Origin: an uncultured Burkholderiales bacterium
Lineage (GTDB): Bacteria; Pseudomonadota; Gammaproteobacteria; Burkholderiales; Eutrophovitaceae
Direction of reading: 5' to 3'
Assembly (NCBI GenBank): GCA_951812315.1
Contig: CATOSA010000017.1
Span: forward strand, 16,666-80,665
DNA: 64,000 nt
Positions 60,891 through 64,000 of the stretch are shown here, piece by piece. Each line of letters starts with the position of its first letter. Position 1 is the stretch's first letter. A program made the translations under genes and the position numbers. Under the pieces are notes generated by a model, which ran no database searches, was not told where the DNA came from, and saw only the letters and a program-made list of their open reading frames with translations.

Positions 60891-61583
60891 TCAGCCGGTG
60901 CTGTCAGCGGCATCCTGGCCGGCTGGCGCACTTGCGATCATGCCGTGATTGAGCGCAATGCGGACGACTTGAGCAGTATTGCTGACGTCGAGTTTCTGGC
61001 GAATGCTCGACTGGTAGTTGGCGACCGTTTTGTACGATAAGTGCATGATTTCGGATATTTCCTGCAACGTATGACCAGCCACCAGCAATCGAAAAACTTC
61101 GAATTCGCGCGCCGATAGCGCGTCGATCGGCTTTTCACGCCCGGGAATCATTTGTATTGCAAGCTCCTGCGCCATTTCCTGGCTGATGTACAGCTTGCCC
61201 GCAGCAACCAGACGCACGGCTTCGATCAACACGTCCGGAGCAGCCGACTTGGTTACATAACCTCGCGCGCCGGCCTGAAGCGCTCTCGACGAAAACACCG
61301 TATCTTCGTGCATGCTGAACATCAGAATTTTCTGATGTGCATAACGCGCAATCACCCGCCGCGCAACTTCAATTCCGCCGAGGCCGGGCAAGCTGATATC
61401 GAGCACCGCGACATCGGGCTGATGCTCGCATATCAGGCGGTATGCATCTGCGCCGTTAGCCGCTTCGGCAATAACGGCGATGTCACCAGTACGTTCCAGC
61501 AAGCGCCGATAGCCTTCTCGAACGACCGCGTGATCATCCACCAGCACTACTGTCAAAGGATCGCTTGCGTCGTTCGCCTTCAT
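60891..61583 (-). CDS. NarL/FixJ (LuxR-type) response regulator
   Basis: 230 aa. Receiver domain (VLVDDHAVVREG, DVAVLDISLPG) plus a LuxR HTH (LSAREFEVFRLLVAGHTLQEISEIMHLSYKTVANY). Overlaps the kinase stop by 4 nt. Confidence 0.9.
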   Translation of the reverse strand: MKANDASDPLTVVLVDDHAVVREGYRRLLERTGDIAVIAEAANGADAYRLICEHQPDVAVLDISLPGLGGIEVARRVIARYAHQKILMFSMHEDTVFSSRALQAGARGYVTKSAAPDVLIEAVRLVAAGKLYISQEMAQELAIQMIPGREKPIDALSAREFEVFRLLVAGHTLQEISEIMHLSYKTVANYQSSIRQKLDVSNTAQVVRIALNHGMIASAPAGQDAADSTG

Positions 61584-62671
61584 GACTCTTTATCCGATCT
61601 CAATTGCGTGAGAGGTATGGCCGCCGAAACACGCGTACCGGATCCGTGCGCTCCGCTGATCTCGAAGCTGCCGCCAAGCGCTTCCACACGTTCGCGCAGG
61701 CCAATCAAACCAAGGCCGGTACGTGGAACGGCAGGATCAACACCCTTTCCATTGTCGTCAACAGACATTTCCAGTTGATCGGGACCGGCGTCCGCGATGC
61801 GCCGGTGCAGAGAAACTTCAACCCGTTGCGCCTTGGCATGCCGCGCGACATTGGTCAAGCATTCCTGTACGAAACGGTAAGCGGTGATGTTGACATCTTC
61901 ATTCAGCCCATCGAACTCGCCATCAATAGATAGCACGCAATCGACTCCCTTGTGCCGGCGCTGCCATTCGTCGACCGAGTACTGAACAGCGCTCGCAAGT
62001 CCGAGTTCGTCCAGAGCGACCGGACGCAGTTGGCGCAACAGGCTACGAACGACGTCATACACTTTGCTCGATACATCAATAATGGCTTGCGCACTGCGAC
62101 CGACATCGGGCTGATCGCCTGCGGCCGCGCGAATATTGACAGCGTCGACCTTGATTGCGTTCAAACTTTGCCCGAGTTCGTCGTGAAGCTCACGCGCAAG
62201 AACTCGCCGTTCCTCTTCCTGAACCTGAAGATAGCGTTGCGACAACCTGCGGTTCTCGGTGAGGGCTTCCGCGAGTTCACGCTGCGCAGCGAGACGCAAA
62301 ATGGCCTGCTCTACCGTCTGGCGCGACCGGCGCCACGAAAACCACGCCAGCGCCACTATCATCGCCACGAACGTGGTCGGGAGTTCATCGACCTGGTAAG
62401 CCTCAAACGGACGTGTGAACGCGATCACTCTCTCATTGAGTTCCAGAGCACTCGAGATCACGAACGTTGCGACAGTGACCGCAGCAACCACTATCAGATC
62501 ACGCCACACGGACGGGCCAATGGCGTCCATTCGCAGCGGCTGTGAATTGTGTGCCAGTGAAACAGGCTCAGAATTCGCCAAACTGAACTCCTTGATATGG
62601 CGGTCAGGTTCCCTAGATGATACCCGCGCCCCGCGCGGAAATCTTCCCGCAATATCGCCCAACGTGTCCAT
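61580..62671 (-). CDS. sensor histidine kinase (HisKA_3 / NarX-UhpB type)
   Basis: Two TM helices, H-box LARELHDELGQSLNAIK, N-box ECLTNVARHA and G-box GLGLIGLRERVEALGG. The start may be the internal Met MDAIGPS. Confidence 0.85.
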   Translation of the reverse strand: MDTLGDIAGRFPRGARVSSREPDRHIKEFSLANSEPVSLAHNSQPLRMDAIGPSVWRDLIVVAAVTVATFVISSALELNERVIAFTRPFEAYQVDELPTTFVAMIVALAWFSWRRSRQTVEQAILRLAAQRELAEALTENRRLSQRYLQVQEEERRVLARELHDELGQSLNAIKVDAVNIRAAAGDQPDVGRSAQAIIDVSSKVYDVVRSLLRQLRPVALDELGLASAVQYSVDEWQRRHKGVDCVLSIDGEFDGLNEDVNITAYRFVQECLTNVARHAKAQRVEVSLHRRIADAGPDQLEMSVDDNGKGVDPAVPRTGLGLIGLRERVEALGGSFEISGAHGSGTRVSAAIPLTQLRSDKES

Positions 62672-62998
62672 TACGTCAGATCACGCTATGAGTCAGTTCA
62701 CACCAAGGGCCAGTTCACACCATGTCGACGGGAAAACTTCACAAACGTCTTCATGAACTCTGCCGCTATTCGCATGCGTACCCGCGCAATAGCGTTGACA
62801 CTGTCCCGTTTCATGAAAGCTTCCGATGTTCAACGAACTCATTATCACCCATCCATTGGCCACAATATTCCTGCCAATCGTCAGTGCCTACCTGATATTA
62901 GCCGGTGTTTTCGTTGTGCGCCTGACGAGTAAACACCTGCCTTATCAAGAAAACGAATGACACCGCAACACGGCCATACGTACCGCACAAACTACCGG

Positions 62999-63015
62999 TC
63001 GGGAAAAATTCCCGA
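62999..63015. promoter_or_regulatory. palindrome TCGGGAA-AAA-TTCCCGA (candidate regulator site)
   Basis: Same arms as 60704-60720. Lies about 140 bp upstream of the TonB-dependent receptor ATG. Confidence 0.45.
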
Positions 63016-63155
63016 ATCAGAGCGGAAAGACTCCCCTGACGAAAATCGCCTGTTAATCCTAGAGTTGCGCATTCTCAGATTCATTCACTGAGAACGGGAA
63101 GCTGGTCAACAGCGAATGCCGCTTCTTCCCGCCATCCGATAAGAACCAGAAAGGA

Positions 63156-64000
63156 ATGTCGATGTATCCCCTCAACCGTATGTCATCCGCGATTCGCGCC
63201 GCGGTCACGATCATGTTCGCCGGTGCGTCAGCTGCAGCGTTCGCCCAGGATGAAACGCCAATAAATCTGGAGGCGCCGTCGGTCGAGGTGGTCGGCTCAA
63301 CGCCAGTGCCCGGTCTGGCGACACCCAAGGAAGAAGTGCCGGCAAACATCCAGGTCGAGACCGGGGAGCGGATGGAGCAGCAGCAATCGCTGAATCTGCC
63401 CGAGTTCCTGGAAGAGACGATGCCGTCGATATATATCCAGGATATCCAGAACAATCCATACCAGCCGAATTTGACTTATCGCGGCTTTCTTTCGTCTCCA
63501 CTTCTCGGAACGCCGCAAGGATTGTCTGTGTATCAGGACGGCGTGCGTGTCAACGAACCATTCGGGGATGTCGTCAACTACGATCTGATTCCCCAAAACG
63601 CGATTTCGACGATGACGCTGATACCGGGATCGAGTCCGATATTTGGCCTCAACACACTCGGTGGCGCAATCGACATCCGTACCAAAAGCGGCGCCTACTA
63701 TCCAGGTGTCGACGCAACATTGTCAGGCGGATCGTGGGGCCGCAAGCAAGCTGATATTGCCTACGGCGGTTACAACGAGAAAGTCGATTATTTTGTTGCC
63801 GCCAACTACTTTGACGAGGACGGCTGGCGCGACTTCTCTCCGACCGAGGTGGGCCAGCTGTTCGGAAAAATCGGTTGGGACAATGGCACCACCGACCTTG
63901 ACCTGGCAATCACGCTGGCCGACACCGACCTGTATGGCAACGGCGTCACGCCGGAATCCTTCATGGCCAATCGCTGGGAATCGATATATACCCATCCGGA
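63156..64000 (+). CDS. TonB-dependent receptor, N-terminal part (continues beyond the window end)
   Basis: Absent from the ORF track because it runs off the edge. My translation gives MSMYPLNRMSSAIRAAVTIMFAGASAAAFAQ (signal peptide). Plug-domain sequence follows (LTYRGF..SPLLGTPQGLSVYQDGVRVNEPFGDVVNYDLIP, GLNTLGGAIDIRTK). AAAGGA lies upstream. Confidence 0.85.
   Translation, partial: MSMYPLNRMSSAIRAAVTIMFAGASAAAFAQDETPINLEAPSVEVVGSTPVPGLATPKEEVPANIQVETGERMEQQQSLNLPEFLEETMPSIYIQDIQNNPYQPNLTYRGFLSSPLLGTPQGLSVYQDGVRVNEPFGDVVNYDLIPQNAISTMTLIPGSSPIFGLNTLGGAIDIRTKSGAYYPGVDATLSGGSWGRKQADIAYGGYNEKVDYFVAANYFDEDGWRDFSPTEVGQLFGKIGWDNGTTDLDLAITLADTDLYGNGVTPESFMANRWESIYTHP

Noticed and set aside
62826-62960. 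44-codon ORF MFNELIITHPLATIFLPIVSAYLILAGVFVVRLTSKHLPYQENE (one TM helix) between the kinase and the TonB-dependent receptor.
   Set aside because: It has no clear RBS and only moderate codon bias, and cannot be supported without comparative data. Noted in case small-protein searches find homologues.

Overview
Bacterial chromosomal segment with proteobacterial gene content. GC is in the high 50s % by eye (not computed), and the taxon cannot be fixed from sequence alone.

Most genes are on the minus strand and are ordinary core functions:
- a partial multicopper oxidase;
- a caa3-type cytochrome c oxidase cluster (subunit II with two haem-c domains, subunit I, two subunit-III-like genes, subunit IV);
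- a two-subunit Mo-hydroxylase (2Fe-2S plus TAT-exported molybdopterin subunit);
- a PAS-GGDEF-EAL protein, rhlE, an FNT channel, and gltX followed by tRNA-Ala(GGC) and tRNA-Glu(UUC);
- an intact six-gene glycogen operon glgC-glgA-glgB-glgP-glgX-malQ (27.5-39.6 kb) and tRNA-Val(CAC);
- rluE, a LemA/M48 protease pair, alkA, a NarL/LuxR-type two-component system and a partial TonB-dependent receptor.

Layered on this is an unusual amount of decay and mobile or repetitive DNA:
- an IS110-family element nested inside a dead IS1182-family element next to the tRNA genes;
- a degenerate IS3-family copy in a small islet downstream of tRNA-Val;
- REP-like composite repeats in inverted orientation around alkA;
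- a perfect 48-bp inverted repeat (MITE-like) abutting the response-regulator stop codon;
- several short tandem repeats sitting exactly at gene junctions;
- a 9-kb block (51-60 kb) where five of six genes carry frameshifts or in-frame stops: an M15 endolysin-like peptidase, a DUF4231/SLATT protein, an IlvD/Edd-family dehydratase, otsA and a GH15 glucoamylase/trehalase;
- mnmC, which is also broken.

I did not find a convincing multi-gene defence or otherwise novel protein system. The most testable new observations are:
- an 11-nt match between the IS110 5' non-coding end and its own insertion-site flank (candidate bridge-RNA guide);
- a repeated TCGGGAA-N3-TTCCCGA palindrome on both sides of the two-component operon;
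- a chain of ATGA-overlapping five-codon mini-ORFs created by a 14-bp tandem repeat;
- the localised pseudogene block.
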